42,312 nucleotides of DNA from a virus, in the IMG/VR virus record IMGVR_UViG_3300031228_000015, positions 1 through 42,312 of that record; one strand, 5' to 3'. Position numbers and translations under genes: made by a program. Position 1 is the stretch's first letter. Each line of letters starts with the position of its first letter. Shown here piece by piece: positions 15,056-23,858 of the stretch. The notes under the pieces were generated by a model. The model ran no database searches and was not told where the DNA came from. It saw only the letters and a list, made by a program, of their open reading frames with translations.

Positions 15056-16124
15056 TGCCGCATCCTAAACGTCAGGCCGTTTTCTCAAGCCGCAGCAACG
15101 CCGCGTTCGCCGCCGCGGGGGTCCATGGCGCGCCGGTCGCCGGGTCCGTCTCGAACACATCGTCCCAATAGGTATAAGCTTCGGTGATCGGCCGATCGGC
15201 CCCCGCCGCCACGCTCGCGCCTGAAACCAGCGACGCGCGCAGGTTCGCCGCGCCGGCGTCCTCCTTGCGGCTCATCGGCGCGGCGTAAAGCGCGGTCACC
15301 ACCGAAACTTCCGCCGGAAGGCCGGTCAACCCGAATTCCGAAATGTCGCCCACCGTCGCGGCGGCTATATAGGTCGTGTCACCATCCGGCGCGGCCTGGT
15401 CGATTGTTGAAAAATCGGTGCTGCCCGTGTTGCGCGTCCAGTCGGATTCAGCCGTGTCGGCATCGGGCAGCCGCGTATAAACTCGCTGCGGACCTATGAA
15501 ATCGTTGACCAGGCTGCCCGCGGTATCCCACGCAAACACGTCATCCCAATATGTCAGCGGAATGGCATTTTCGCTGCCGAACGCGACCTGGTCGATCAGC
15601 GACGTGGCCGAATTGCGCGTGTCGACGCCTGAAATGTCCAGCACCGTCACCCCGTTCACCCGCACTTCCACAGCCCCGCCGGAATCGGCGCACAATGCCT
15701 TGATCTCGTAATGGTGCCACGCCTGCGCGGTGATCACCGGGTCGCTCGTGCCCAGCACTGCGCCGCTCACATTGCCGCGCAGCACCACCACCTGCCCAGT
15801 GGTCGACAGCTTGACGCAAATCTGCGCCGCATTCCCCGAATCGCGAAACTCGGCCAGCACCACCCCGTTTGACGTGCTCGGCAGAGAACTCAGATAAATG
15901 CCCGCGCCGAAACCCACCGTGGCCCGCGTCGCGCCAGGAAACACCCGCCGCGCCTGCGTGCTGGAGTTGCCGCTGTGACTCAGCGAATTGCTCCCCGTGC
16001 GCGCCTGCGTGGCCGAAGGCGTCAGGTTGGTGCTGAGCGCGGCCCACACCCCGGCCAGCATGTTCGTCCGCCCGGTTGCCCCGGTCCCGTAATGATCGAA
16101 CCCGTCGCACCACAGCAGCGCCAT
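14627..16124. repeat. Copy 2 of a diverged tandem duplication (5' half of the DUF2163 gene plus paralog A2)
   Basis: Protein-level colinearity with 16159..17719. Homology ends at the shared ...EVWMVP codons. Confidence 0.75.
15072..16124 (-). CDS. Tail-module protein, paralog A2 (putative receptor-binding/fibre-like protein)
   Basis: 350 aa. Shares MALLWCDGFDHYGTG..., VEVRVNGVTV.DISGVDTRNS, DFIGPQR, AAGADRPITE.YTYW.DVF and APWT.AA.NAALLRLEKTA with 16643..17719. Confidence 0.7.
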   Translation of the reverse strand: MALLWCDGFDHYGTGATGRTNMLAGVWAALSTNLTPSATQARTGSNSLSHSGNSSTQARRVFPGATRATVGFGAGIYLSSLPSTSNGVVLAEFRDSGNAAQICVKLSTTGQVVVLRGNVSGAVLGTSDPVITAQAWHHYEIKALCADSGGAVEVRVNGVTVLDISGVDTRNSATSLIDQVAFGSENAIPLTYWDDVFAWDTAGSLVNDFIGPQRVYTRLPDADTAESDWTRNTGSTDFSTIDQAAPDGDTTYIAAATVGDISEFGLTGLPAEVSVVTALYAAPMSRKEDAGAANLRASLVSGASVAAGADRPITEAYTYWDDVFETDPATGAPWTPAAANAALLRLEKTA

Positions 16125-16140
16125 CTATCGCATCCTGCCT

Positions 16141-16638
16141 TCAACCGCCCCAACCATCGGGCACCATCCACACCTCGATCCGCGCACCGTCGAACAGGCC
16201 GGCCAACAGATCGTCCTCGGATATCGAATCGTCGCTGATCACGCCCACGATCTCGCCGTTGCCCACTTGCCCCAGCACCGCACCCGTTTCGATCGCTCCG
16301 GCCGAAAGCCCCTCGCACGGGGAATAGGTTTCCCCGCGGAACACCACCGGTTCGTCCGCCGTGGTGAAGGCGAACACCTCGCCGTCGCGCCGCTCGATCC
16401 GCCAGCACTGCGCCCAACGCGTCAGGCACGGCGTCCCGGCGCACAGCACGATCACCGCCGCCTGCGTCGCACGTACGCCGGCCGCGCCGTCGATCAGCGC
16501 CATCACCCCGGCCTGTGTGGCGCGCACGGCGGCGGCCTCCGGCGCCAGCACCAGCACCGCCGCCTGCGATGCCCGCGCCGCCGCCTCGCCGCCAACCAGC
16601 GCATAGACCGCCGCCTGCGTGACGCGGGCCTCGGCCAT
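16141..16638 (-). CDS. Truncated DUF2163 N-terminal paralog (165 aa, intact ORF)
   Basis: Four repeats of the (V/A)R(A/V)TQA.V..L type, then TPCLTRWAQCWRIERRDGEVFAFTTAD...FDGARIEVWMVP, ending DGWGG-stop. It aligns with residues 1-143 of 14054..15055. Confidence 0.6.
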   Translation of the reverse strand: MAEARVTQAAVYALVGGEAAARASQAAVLVLAPEAAAVRATQAGVMALIDGAAGVRATQAAVIVLCAGTPCLTRWAQCWRIERRDGEVFAFTTADEPVVFRGETYSPCEGLSAGAIETGAVLGQVGNGEIVGVISDDSISEDDLLAGLFDGARIEVWMVPDGWGG

Positions 16639-17719
16639 CGGTCTAGGCCGTCTTCTCTAGCCGCAGCAACGCCGCGTTCACCGCCGCCGCCGTCCACGGG
16701 GCGCCGGTATCAGGGTCGATCGGGAACACGTCCGCCCAATAGGTATAGACCTCGGTGATCGGCCGGTCGGCGCCCGCCGCCACCGCCGCGTTGCTGATCA
16801 TGGACACCTGCACATTGGCCGTGCCGGCAGTGAGCTTCCGCAGCATCGGCGTCACGTAAAGCGCCGTCACCGCCGAAATTTCCGGCGGCAGATCCTCCAG
16901 CGCGAATTCGGAAATATCCCCCGGCGTCGACTGCGCCTCGATATAGCTCGTGTCGCCGTCCGGCGGTACTTCGTCTATTTGCGTGTACCCCGTCACCCCG
17001 CTATCCGGCACCCAATCGTCCGCCGCGGTGTCGGCGTCGGGGACCAGCAGGTAGGCCCGCTGCGGGCCGATGAAATCGTTGATCTCGCTGCCACTGGTAT
17101 CCCAAGCGAACATATCATCGAACCGCGGGATCACGTTGGAGAGGTTTGTCCCGGTGCTGATGTTGCCGAAAGCAACTTGCGTCATCAGGCCGGCGGCGGA
17201 ATTGCGTGTGTCAACACCGCTGATATCAATAACCGTAACGCCGTTGACACGAACCTCCACCGCGCCGGCGGTATCGTCACAAGTGGCTCTGCATTCGAAA
17301 TGCTGATAGGAACCTGCCGTCACGACAGGTGCGCTGATAGCCAACAAAGTGCCGGTGGCGCCGCCTCGCTTGACTTCTATTTCGCCTGCGGTTGTCAGAA
17401 CGAACGAAAGTTGCGCCGTGTTCCCGCCATCCCTGAATTGCGCCAGCCCAAAAACATTGCTGACCGCCGGAAGCTGCGCCATATACAGCCCGTAACCGAA
17501 ACCGACAGTCGCAAGATTAGCCGTCGGAAAAACCCGCCTGGCAACCGCGAGATTATTCAAGATTGTACCGGTCGACAGGCACGCCGTGCCGGTGCGGGGG
17601 GTGGTCGCCGAAGGGGTGATGCCTGAATTGATTTCAGCCCAAACGCCCTGAAGCATGTTCGTCCGGCCCGTCGAACCGGTCCCGTAATGATCGAACCCGT
17701 CGCACCACAACAACGCCAT
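16159..17719. repeat. Copy 1 of the diverged tandem duplication (truncated DUF2163 fragment plus paralog A1)
   Basis: See 14627..16124. Confidence 0.75.
16643..17719 (-). CDS. Tail-module protein, paralog A1 (putative receptor-binding/fibre-like protein)
   Basis: 358 aa. N- and C-termini are nearly identical to A2 while the central part diverges. Confidence 0.7.
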   Translation of the reverse strand: MALLWCDGFDHYGTGSTGRTNMLQGVWAEINSGITPSATTPRTGTACLSTGTILNNLAVARRVFPTANLATVGFGYGLYMAQLPAVSNVFGLAQFRDGGNTAQLSFVLTTAGEIEVKRGGATGTLLAISAPVVTAGSYQHFECRATCDDTAGAVEVRVNGVTVIDISGVDTRNSAAGLMTQVAFGNISTGTNLSNVIPRFDDMFAWDTSGSEINDFIGPQRAYLLVPDADTAADDWVPDSGVTGYTQIDEVPPDGDTSYIEAQSTPGDISEFALEDLPPEISAVTALYVTPMLRKLTAGTANVQVSMISNAAVAAGADRPITEVYTYWADVFPIDPDTGAPWTAAAVNAALLRLEKTA

Positions 17720-17720
17720 A

Positions 17721-18389
17721 TCAACAGCTCCGCACCCCGATCAGCGCCAGGTCGGCAAAGCCGGCCGCGTTGAACGCACGCACCATCGCCGCAAAGCTGT
17801 CGTCCGCCTCGAACCGTACTTCCACGTCGAACAGGAACCCGGCGCGCACCACCTGCCCCGGCGCGGGCGCGGTTGTGAACGTCACCACCCCGCCGGGGCG
17901 GCTCACCGTCCACGGGTTCGATCCCGAAACGTCCGCCCCGTTCACCGAAACGCGCACGCTGGAAACCACCGGCAGCGTGATCGGCCGCGAATAGCTGGTC
18001 GCGCCATAGCGGTCATATGCCTTCACCAGCGAAAACTGCGTCTTCGCCCCATCCCCGGTGCCGATCACCTGGTCCAGCATCCCGATCGCGGGCGTGCTCT
18101 GCATCGGCACCATCAGCAGGTCCACGCTCGCGAAGTCGAACGGATCGCGAAACGGCCAAGTCTGCGCCGGGCCACCCATGACCAGCCAGTGCTTTTTCAG
18201 CGCCTCCACCACCTGCCAGTGCCGCACAGCCTCCGGCAGGTTGTACCGCCATAGCGGGTGCTGCCAGTTGCGGTTCGCCTGCTCCGCGCCCGAATCCACC
18301 GTCACGATCGTGGTCGAAAAGCGCGGCTCCGAATTGCACGGGTAGCCCGGCACTTCCGCCGGCATGTAAACGTCGACAAAGCGGGTCAT
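17721..18389 (-). CDS. DUF2460 distal tail protein (RcGTA g12-like)
   Basis: FVDVYMPAEV...PRFSTTIVTVDSGAEQANRNW...WPFRDPFDF matches the DUF2460/TIGR02217 pattern. Confidence 0.8.
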   Translation of the reverse strand: MTRFVDVYMPAEVPGYPCNSEPRFSTTIVTVDSGAEQANRNWQHPLWRYNLPEAVRHWQVVEALKKHWLVMGGPAQTWPFRDPFDFASVDLLMVPMQSTPAIGMLDQVIGTGDGAKTQFSLVKAYDRYGATSYSRPITLPVVSSVRVSVNGADVSGSNPWTVSRPGGVVTFTTAPAPGQVVRAGFLFDVEVRFEADDSFAAMVRAFNAAGFADLALIGVRSC

Positions 18390-18667
18390 TTATGCCCCCG
18401 CTTGCGGGCATAGGCGATCACTTCATCGCGCGTCATGCGCAGATTCCCCACCACGAACACATCCCCCGCGCCGCCCGCCACCGCGGCCCAATAGACCACG
18501 AAGCCCCGCCGTTGCAGAAACGCCTTCGCCCGCTCCAGCGGATCGGTCGCCCGGTGGTAGCGTGCCGCAGCTTCCTCGGCCGCATTCCGCTTCACCGCCT
18601 CGCGATACCCCTGCGCGGTACGCTCGCCATGCGTCATGTACTCACGGCCGCCAAGCGCACTCTTCAT
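18386..18667 (-). CDS. Hypothetical protein (93 aa)
   Basis: ATGA-coupled to both neighbours. Confidence 0.5.
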   Translation of the reverse strand: MKSALGGREYMTHGERTAQGYREAVKRNAAEEAAARYHRATDPLERAKAFLQRRGFVVYWAAVAGGAGDVFVVGNLRMTRDEVIAYARKRGHK

Positions 18668-18873
18668 GACTTCTCCATCCCGGCCCTGATCTCATCGGCC
18701 GCGATCCGCAACTGCCTCGCCGCGAACGCCGCTTCGGCCAGCTCGATCTCGGTGGGCAGTGCCCCTGAATGCGGCTGTATCCTGCCGAGATGGCGCGCAT
18801 CCTCGATCGCCGCCGCGCGCTTCTCCAGAAAACGCGCAACCCGCTCGCGGTCGATCGTGTTGCCCTGCGTCAT
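18664..18873 (-). CDS. Hypothetical protein (69 aa)
   Basis: ATG at 18873 overlaps the upstream stop. MTQGNTIDRERVARFLEKRAAAIEDARH... Confidence 0.45.
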   Translation of the reverse strand: MTQGNTIDRERVARFLEKRAAAIEDARHLGRIQPHSGALPTEIELAEAAFAARQLRIAADEIRAGMEKS

Positions 18874-19265
18874 GCCGGCTCCAATTCCAAAGGCAATGCC
18901 GGGGGGTGATCGCAAGGATCACCCCAATCCCCATCGCGCGGGAACAGCCTGAAATACGGCCAACCGCCGCACCACTCCACCCACGCGCCCGGCGGCAGCA
19001 ACGAAAGCACATACGCCGCCAAAATCGGAAGTCCGATGCCGGGTATCACCGGCAGGATCAGCCGTCCCTCCTGGCGGCGTGGGCGACCGATCCGGGCCAC
19101 CTGCGCTGTACCAAAAACCACACCGCCGGGATCAACCGGATCGTTACTGAATTCGATCTCCGCATCCACATGCGCCAAATCGAACGCCTCTCCGATCGAC
19201 GCGAGGGAACCCTGAAAGGCAGCGAGCGATTCGCCGTCTATCTCGATCGTGGTTACTACGCTCAT
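18870..19265 (-). CDS. Hypothetical protein (131 aa)
   Basis: ATG at 19265 overlaps the tape-measure stop (ATGA). MSVVTTIEIDGESLAAFQG... Confidence 0.5.
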   Translation of the reverse strand: MSVVTTIEIDGESLAAFQGSLASIGEAFDLAHVDAEIEFSNDPVDPGGVVFGTAQVARIGRPRRQEGRLILPVIPGIGLPILAAYVLSLLPPGAWVEWCGGWPYFRLFPRDGDWGDPCDHPPALPLELEPA

Positions 19266-21034
19266 GCCGGCGCCAGCCTTTGCCGCCCGGCGCGCGCGAT
19301 CTGCCGCTCCGAAGCCCGGAACGAATTCGCGTCGGGCGTGGTGATGTTGAAGATCTGCATCACCCCGCCGCCACCCGATGGCAGCACCGTCAGTCCGCCC
19401 TGGCCGCCGAAGGCCACCTCCGGCCCTTCCTCGCCCACGATTCCCCACTGGCCGCGCGGGATCGTGCCCCCTGCCTCAAAGCCGCCGGCGAAGCTGCGGG
19501 AAAGGCCGCCGAGCAATGACGACAAGAAGCCACCACCAGTGCCCTGACCACCCAATCCCGAAAAGAACGGCTGAACGAACATCTCATTCGCCAGAGAACC
19601 CGCCAGATCGGCAAGGCTACGCAGCGAAAATTCACCTCGCGAAAGCATGCCGCCGAACGCCTGCCCCACACGATCGGCGGCATGCACGAAGGCATCGCCC
19701 ACGCTCGTGGCCGCGTCCTCCGCGGGGGCGACCATGACCGAATCAAGCCGCCCGAATTCCGCGGCGATCCCATCCACCATGTCCGGGACATAGCTATTCC
19801 CCACCACGGCCACATACATCGCCTTGAACGTATCGGTAACCGCACGGATCTTGCCATTCACCCAATCCAGCACCGCGCCCAGGCGGTCCTGAATCCACTG
19901 CTTGACAGAAGAATAGAGGCGTTGGACGATCGGTCCGATCGTATCCCAGTTCTGCCAAACGGCCACAATCCCCGCCACGGCCAGCGCCAGCCAACCGATC
20001 GGCCCGGTCGCCACCAGCATCCCCGCAATCACCCGCCCAAGCGTCAGGAGGTGCGGGCCAAGTGCCACGATCCACGTCGTCAGCGTCGCACCGACGCTGA
20101 CGATACCCACGATCGCCGGGCCAAGCGTGCCCAGGATCGTGATCAGCGAACCGATCGCCAGCAATACCGGACCCAGCGCCGCCGCGATCCCGGCGATGGC
20201 CACGCCCCACGCCACCGTCTGCGGATCGAGCGTATCCAGCCATTCCACCACCCTGCCCAGCAGGTCGATCAACGGCGGCAGGATCACCGCGATTATCTCT
20301 CCGATCTTCTCCTGAAAATCGCCCCAGCTGTTCGCCAGTTGCTGCGCGCGCCCCGCGCTGGTCGCCGCCAGCGCCTCGGCCTGGCCGCCGTACTGCTTTT
20401 CCAGCTCGGCCAGCATCAGCGCCTGCGCGCCGGCCACGTCGCCGACTTCCACCATCGCCTTGATCTGTTCGCGCTGCTGGTCGGTGAAGGACACGCCCAC
20501 GCGCGAAAGCGCGGTCAGCCCGCGCACCGGATCGTTCAGCGCCTTACCCACCATGATCGCGGACGATTGCAGGTCCTGGCCAAGCCGCGCCGAAAGGTCC
20601 AGGGTGACCTTTTGCGCCCGCTCGAACACATCGCCTTGCACCTGGCCAAAGGTCAGCAGGTTCGCCGTCACCTTCGACAGGATTTCATCGTCATCGAACG
20701 TGCTGGCCTTTTGCAGATTGGCCGCCATCTCGCCAAGCTGCGCGGCGGTGAAGCCGGCCGTTTCGCCCATCGATTTCAGCGCCGCGTCCACCGCGGCAGT
20801 GGCCTTCTCGCTTTCCTGAAACGCCCTGACTGAAGATACCCCGAATGCCACCAGCGGCGCCGTCACCGCGGCCGTCATGATCGTGCCGGTCTTCTGCAGC
20901 TGGCCGCCCAGCCTGGACATCCGCTTGCCGAAGGTGTCCGCCGACTTCTCGGCACCCCTCGCGCCTTTTTCGAACGCCGCCGAATCCAGGCCAAGCCTTA
21001 CCCGCAATGCGCCGATCAGTGCTGTAATCGCCAT
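19262..21034 (-). CDS. Tail tape measure protein
   Basis: 590 aa. Helical N-terminal region, central multi-TM-like hydrophobic block and Gly-rich C-terminus. Position follows the TAC genes. Confidence 0.9.
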   Translation of the reverse strand: MAITALIGALRVRLGLDSAAFEKGARGAEKSADTFGKRMSRLGGQLQKTGTIMTAAVTAPLVAFGVSSVRAFQESEKATAAVDAALKSMGETAGFTAAQLGEMAANLQKASTFDDDEILSKVTANLLTFGQVQGDVFERAQKVTLDLSARLGQDLQSSAIMVGKALNDPVRGLTALSRVGVSFTDQQREQIKAMVEVGDVAGAQALMLAELEKQYGGQAEALAATSAGRAQQLANSWGDFQEKIGEIIAVILPPLIDLLGRVVEWLDTLDPQTVAWGVAIAGIAAALGPVLLAIGSLITILGTLGPAIVGIVSVGATLTTWIVALGPHLLTLGRVIAGMLVATGPIGWLALAVAGIVAVWQNWDTIGPIVQRLYSSVKQWIQDRLGAVLDWVNGKIRAVTDTFKAMYVAVVGNSYVPDMVDGIAAEFGRLDSVMVAPAEDAATSVGDAFVHAADRVGQAFGGMLSRGEFSLRSLADLAGSLANEMFVQPFFSGLGGQGTGGGFLSSLLGGLSRSFAGGFEAGGTIPRGQWGIVGEEGPEVAFGGQGGLTVLPSGGGGVMQIFNITTPDANSFRASERQIARAGRQRLAPA

Positions 21035-21038
21035 TACC

Positions 21039-21350
21039 CTACCTTTTCGCCTTGGGCGGCCCCAGCCCTTGCCGCTTTGCCGCGATCCGCATGTGCTCGA
21101 TCACGGTGCGCACCTCTTCCGCCTGCTGGCCGCCGGGGCCGCGCAGGATTGCCCGAATGCGCGATGCGATGTTGCGGGGCATGCGCTTGGCCCGCGTGAA
21201 GTTCGCCGTCTCGAACGCCGCCCACAGCGCGCGGGCGCTTTCCCGCCGCTCCCGCCGCGCCGCACCGGCGGCGAAGGCGTCGATCTCGCGCACGGTCATG
21301 TCCATAACCATCGGCGGGGGAACTTCCATCTCCCCCGCCAGCTCGATCAC
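21039..21350 (-). CDS. Tail assembly protein (g10.1-like), in the -1 frame relative to the upstream chaperone ORF
   Basis: GTG at 21350 overlaps the TGA of 21347..21736 (GTGA). The -1 frame stays open upstream. Confidence 0.45.
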   Translation of the reverse strand: MIELAGEMEVPPPMVMDMTVREIDAFAAGAARRERRESARALWAAFETANFTRAKRMPRNIASRIRAILRGPGGQQAEEVRTVIEHMRIAAKRQGLGPPKAKR

Positions 21351-21736
21351 CCGGTCGACCGTCCACGCGCGGGAGGGCGCGCGGATGCCTCGCCGCCGCC
21401 CTCCTTGCCTGCCGGCGCATCGCCCGATCCGCCGGCGAAGGCGTCCAGCATCGCGCCCTGGATTTCCTCAATGCCCGCGTCGTCAATCAGGTCCAGCACT
21501 TCCGCCTTGCCGATCTCCGGATGGTGGGTGCGCGTGCCCGCCCAGAAAATCGCCACCATGTCATCGGCCGAAAGGCTTTCGCCCAGCCCCTGCATCTTGC
21601 CGCCAACTTCCTGAAACGATGCCAGCCCCCAATGATCCTGCAGCGCCGCCATCGCCTTGATCGAATACCGCAGCGTGATCGCGCGGCCGCCCACCTCGAT
21701 CTGCCGGTCGGCGCTGGCCTTCCTGTTCTTCGTCAT
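21347..21736 (-). CDS. Tail assembly chaperone (GTA g10-like)
   Basis: MTKNRKASADRQIEVGGRAITLRYSIKAMAALQDHWGL... resembles the GTA gp10 chaperone family. Lies between the major tail and tape measure genes. Confidence 0.65.
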   Translation of the reverse strand: MTKNRKASADRQIEVGGRAITLRYSIKAMAALQDHWGLASFQEVGGKMQGLGESLSADDMVAIFWAGTRTHHPEIGKAEVLDLIDDAGIEEIQGAMLDAFAGGSGDAPAGKEGGGEASARPPARGRSTG

Positions 21737-21749
21737 GCCGGGCGCGCCT

Positions 21750-22184
21750 TTACGGATAGGTGGAGGCGACATCGCTCGCCGGCTTGTACGTCATCGTCGC
21801 CATCTTCACCTGGTCAGGCTCGATATCGCTCGGCGTATAGCGGATGTTGCGCACGTCGAAATCGTGTGTCGCCACCTGCACGTCGCCGTCGAATTCCACG
21901 ATCCGCGCTGCGTATTCTTCGTTCGATCCGATCAGCGAAAGGATCAGCAGCTCGGTGGGCGAACCGGGAATCCGGTTCATCTCCACTTCATAGTCGGTAT
22001 CCTCGAAAAACGTGTCCACATACTCGCGGCGGCGGCCGGGCGATTCAAGGTGCGTCGCCTCCTCTTGCTCCAGGTTCTCCGCGGGCATCTGGATACGGCG
22101 GACCTCCGCCAGCTTCGCCAGAGCGCCGGCTGTCGGATTCCACAGCCAGAATTGCGACTTGTAGCCAATCGATGCGTCCGTCAT
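21750..22184 (-). CDS. Major tail (tube) protein
   Basis: 144 aa. Position and motifs (EVRRIQMPAENLEQEEATHLES...REYVDTFFEDTDYEVEMN) fit TP901-1/GTA g9-type tube proteins. Confidence 0.75.
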   Translation of the reverse strand: MTDASIGYKSQFWLWNPTAGALAKLAEVRRIQMPAENLEQEEATHLESPGRRREYVDTFFEDTDYEVEMNRIPGSPTELLILSLIGSNEEYAARIVEFDGDVQVATHDFDVRNIRYTPSDIEPDQVKMATMTYKPASDVASTYP

Positions 22185-22203
22185 TTCACGCCTTCCTTTC
22201 CTG

Positions 22204-22593
22204 TCACGCTGGCCGATGCCAGATGGTCACGTCCACCGAAGTCCTGAAAACCACCATCGTGCCGATATCTTCGCGCCCGTCCCGCTCGGCCTGCACGAAG
22301 CCCGCGTTGAACTTCGTGGCGCCGAAGGTCGCCGGCGGCTCGATCGCGGCGATCATGGCCCGCGCGGCCTGCTTGGCAGCGGCATAGCTCGCGCCCCAGC
22401 AATCCACCTGCACCCGGTCCTCGCGCAGCGTTTGCGCGCCATCCAGCACATAGTCCCGCGCCGGGGAAATCAGTTGCAGCACGATCGCGGGCAAGCTGTC
22501 GCCCTGCGGCCGCTCCACCCAATTCACGCGCCCGGCGACCGCCTCCACCACCGCCGGATCGGCCAGCAGCCGCGCGGCCAGATCCTCTTCCAT
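22204..22593 (-). CDS. DUF3168 tail completion protein (GTA g8-like)
   Basis: LAARLLADPAVVEAVAGRVNWVERPQGDSLPAIVLQ...RVQVDCW pattern. Confidence 0.7.
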   Translation of the reverse strand: MEEDLAARLLADPAVVEAVAGRVNWVERPQGDSLPAIVLQLISPARDYVLDGAQTLREDRVQVDCWGASYAAAKQAARAMIAAIEPPATFGATKFNAGFVQAERDGREDIGTMVVFRTSVDVTIWHRPA

Positions 22594-22599
22594 GGCGCG

Positions 22600-23073
22600 C
22601 TATCCGCCCTGCTTCGCCGCCAGGCGCGCAGCGCGCGCGGCGCGGCGGCGATTGGTCTTCTCGATCTCTGACCAACCTTCCTTCGCAATGATGTCGATCG
22701 CCTCATGGGCCTTGGCATCGAAGGCTGGGCGCATATAGGGCTGCGCTGGTTGCTTGAAACTACCCGCTTCCTGGATCATCGCCTGCGGATAACCGAACTT
22801 GGTTGGCCCCATATACAGCACCACCTCGCTCGGCCCCTCCCGCTCCCGCGACCGGCCTTTCTGGCGCTTACTGCCGATCTCGATCGAGCTCTTCAGATCG
22901 TAGGGCGGCGACGTGGCCGGATCGTCCGGGGCCAGCGCGCGCGCCTCGTCGCGCATCGGCGTCAGGGCCTTGATGCCAACGCGACGCATCACCCCCTTGG
23001 CAGTCGTCCGCGGCAATTCAAGAAGCGCGCGCTCCAACTCGCGCAGCCCCTCCACTTTGAACTCAATCCGCAT
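22600..23073 (-). CDS. HK97 gp10-family tail/neck component
   Basis: MRIEFKVEGLRELERAL... and the C-terminal QEAGSFKQPAQPYMRPAF motif. Starts at 23082 or 23088 are also possible. Confidence 0.7.
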   Translation of the reverse strand: MRIEFKVEGLRELERALLELPRTTAKGVMRRVGIKALTPMRDEARALAPDDPATSPPYDLKSSIEIGSKRQKGRSREREGPSEVVLYMGPTKFGYPQAMIQEAGSFKQPAQPYMRPAFDAKAHEAIDIIAKEGWSEIEKTNRRRAARAARLAAKQGG

Positions 23074-23416
23074 TTGACACATCCCCATCCACCTGCGCTC
23101 GCCCGGCGATGATCAGTTCCTCGCGCCGCCCGCGCTCGGCCACCGCGTCGATATCGAACAGCCGCCCGGAATAGGCCACGCGATCCTTCGGGTTGACGCT
23201 GGACAGCGCCGCCGTCCACAGCACCGTGAACACGGTGGAGGCTTGTCCCTGGCGCTGCTCGGCCATGTTGCGCTCGAACCCGGTGTATTCGCGCACATGC
23301 GCCCAGCACTGCGCCATCAGCACCCAATCCATCACCGGCGCATTGAAATCGTCGCGGCCCGTTTCGGTCAGCCGCTCGATCCGGATGCGCCGGTCACGCC
23401 GCCCTGCGTCCAACAT
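23063..23416 (-). CDS. Head closure/head-tail adaptor protein
   Basis: RRIRIERLTETGRDDFNAPVMDW...WAHVREYTGFE...FTVLW...RVAYSGRLFDIDAV pattern. Confidence 0.75.
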   Translation of the reverse strand: MLDAGRRDRRIRIERLTETGRDDFNAPVMDWVLMAQCWAHVREYTGFERNMAEQRQGQASTVFTVLWTAALSSVNPKDRVAYSGRLFDIDAVAERGRREELIIAGRAQVDGDVSNAD

Positions 23417-23446
23417 CGGTGATGCCCGCTATCGGTACAGGGCCGA

Positions 23447-23797
23447 TCACATCTGCGCCGCGGCAACCAGAAGGCTGGTCACCGCGCTATAGGTCACGGC
23501 CACCTTGCCCGCATCGGAATCGTTGCGGAACGGGGTGGGCGGCGGCGGGATCACCGCGACTTCCCCGGCGCCCACCACCAGCACGATATCGGCGCGCGTC
23601 AGTTCGCCGTACTGCTGCAGCGTCACGCTGGTCTGCACCGCGTCCAGCGTCACCGTCTTCGGCGACGCGTCATCATTCTTGATCATCAGGAAGGTGCTGG
23701 CCGTCCATACGAACTTGTCGCCACCCGCATCCGCCGCCACGAAGCTCACCTCCGCGCCGCCCTCGCCGCTCAGATCCTGCGTCACCAGATCAGCCAT
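23447..23797 (-). CDS. Hypothetical structural-module protein (116 aa)
   Basis: ORF with protein-like composition between the connector genes. Confidence 0.5.
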   Translation of the reverse strand: MADLVTQDLSGEGGAEVSFVAADAGGDKFVWTASTFLMIKNDDASPKTVTLDAVQTSVTLQQYGELTRADIVLVVGAGEVAVIPPPPTPFRNDSDAGKVAVTYSAVTSLLVAAAQM

Positions 23798-23858
23798 GCT
23801 TGCTCCTCCTCGATCTTCACCACGGCCCCTTCAGGCCGAAGCCGCCTGCAAAACTTCG

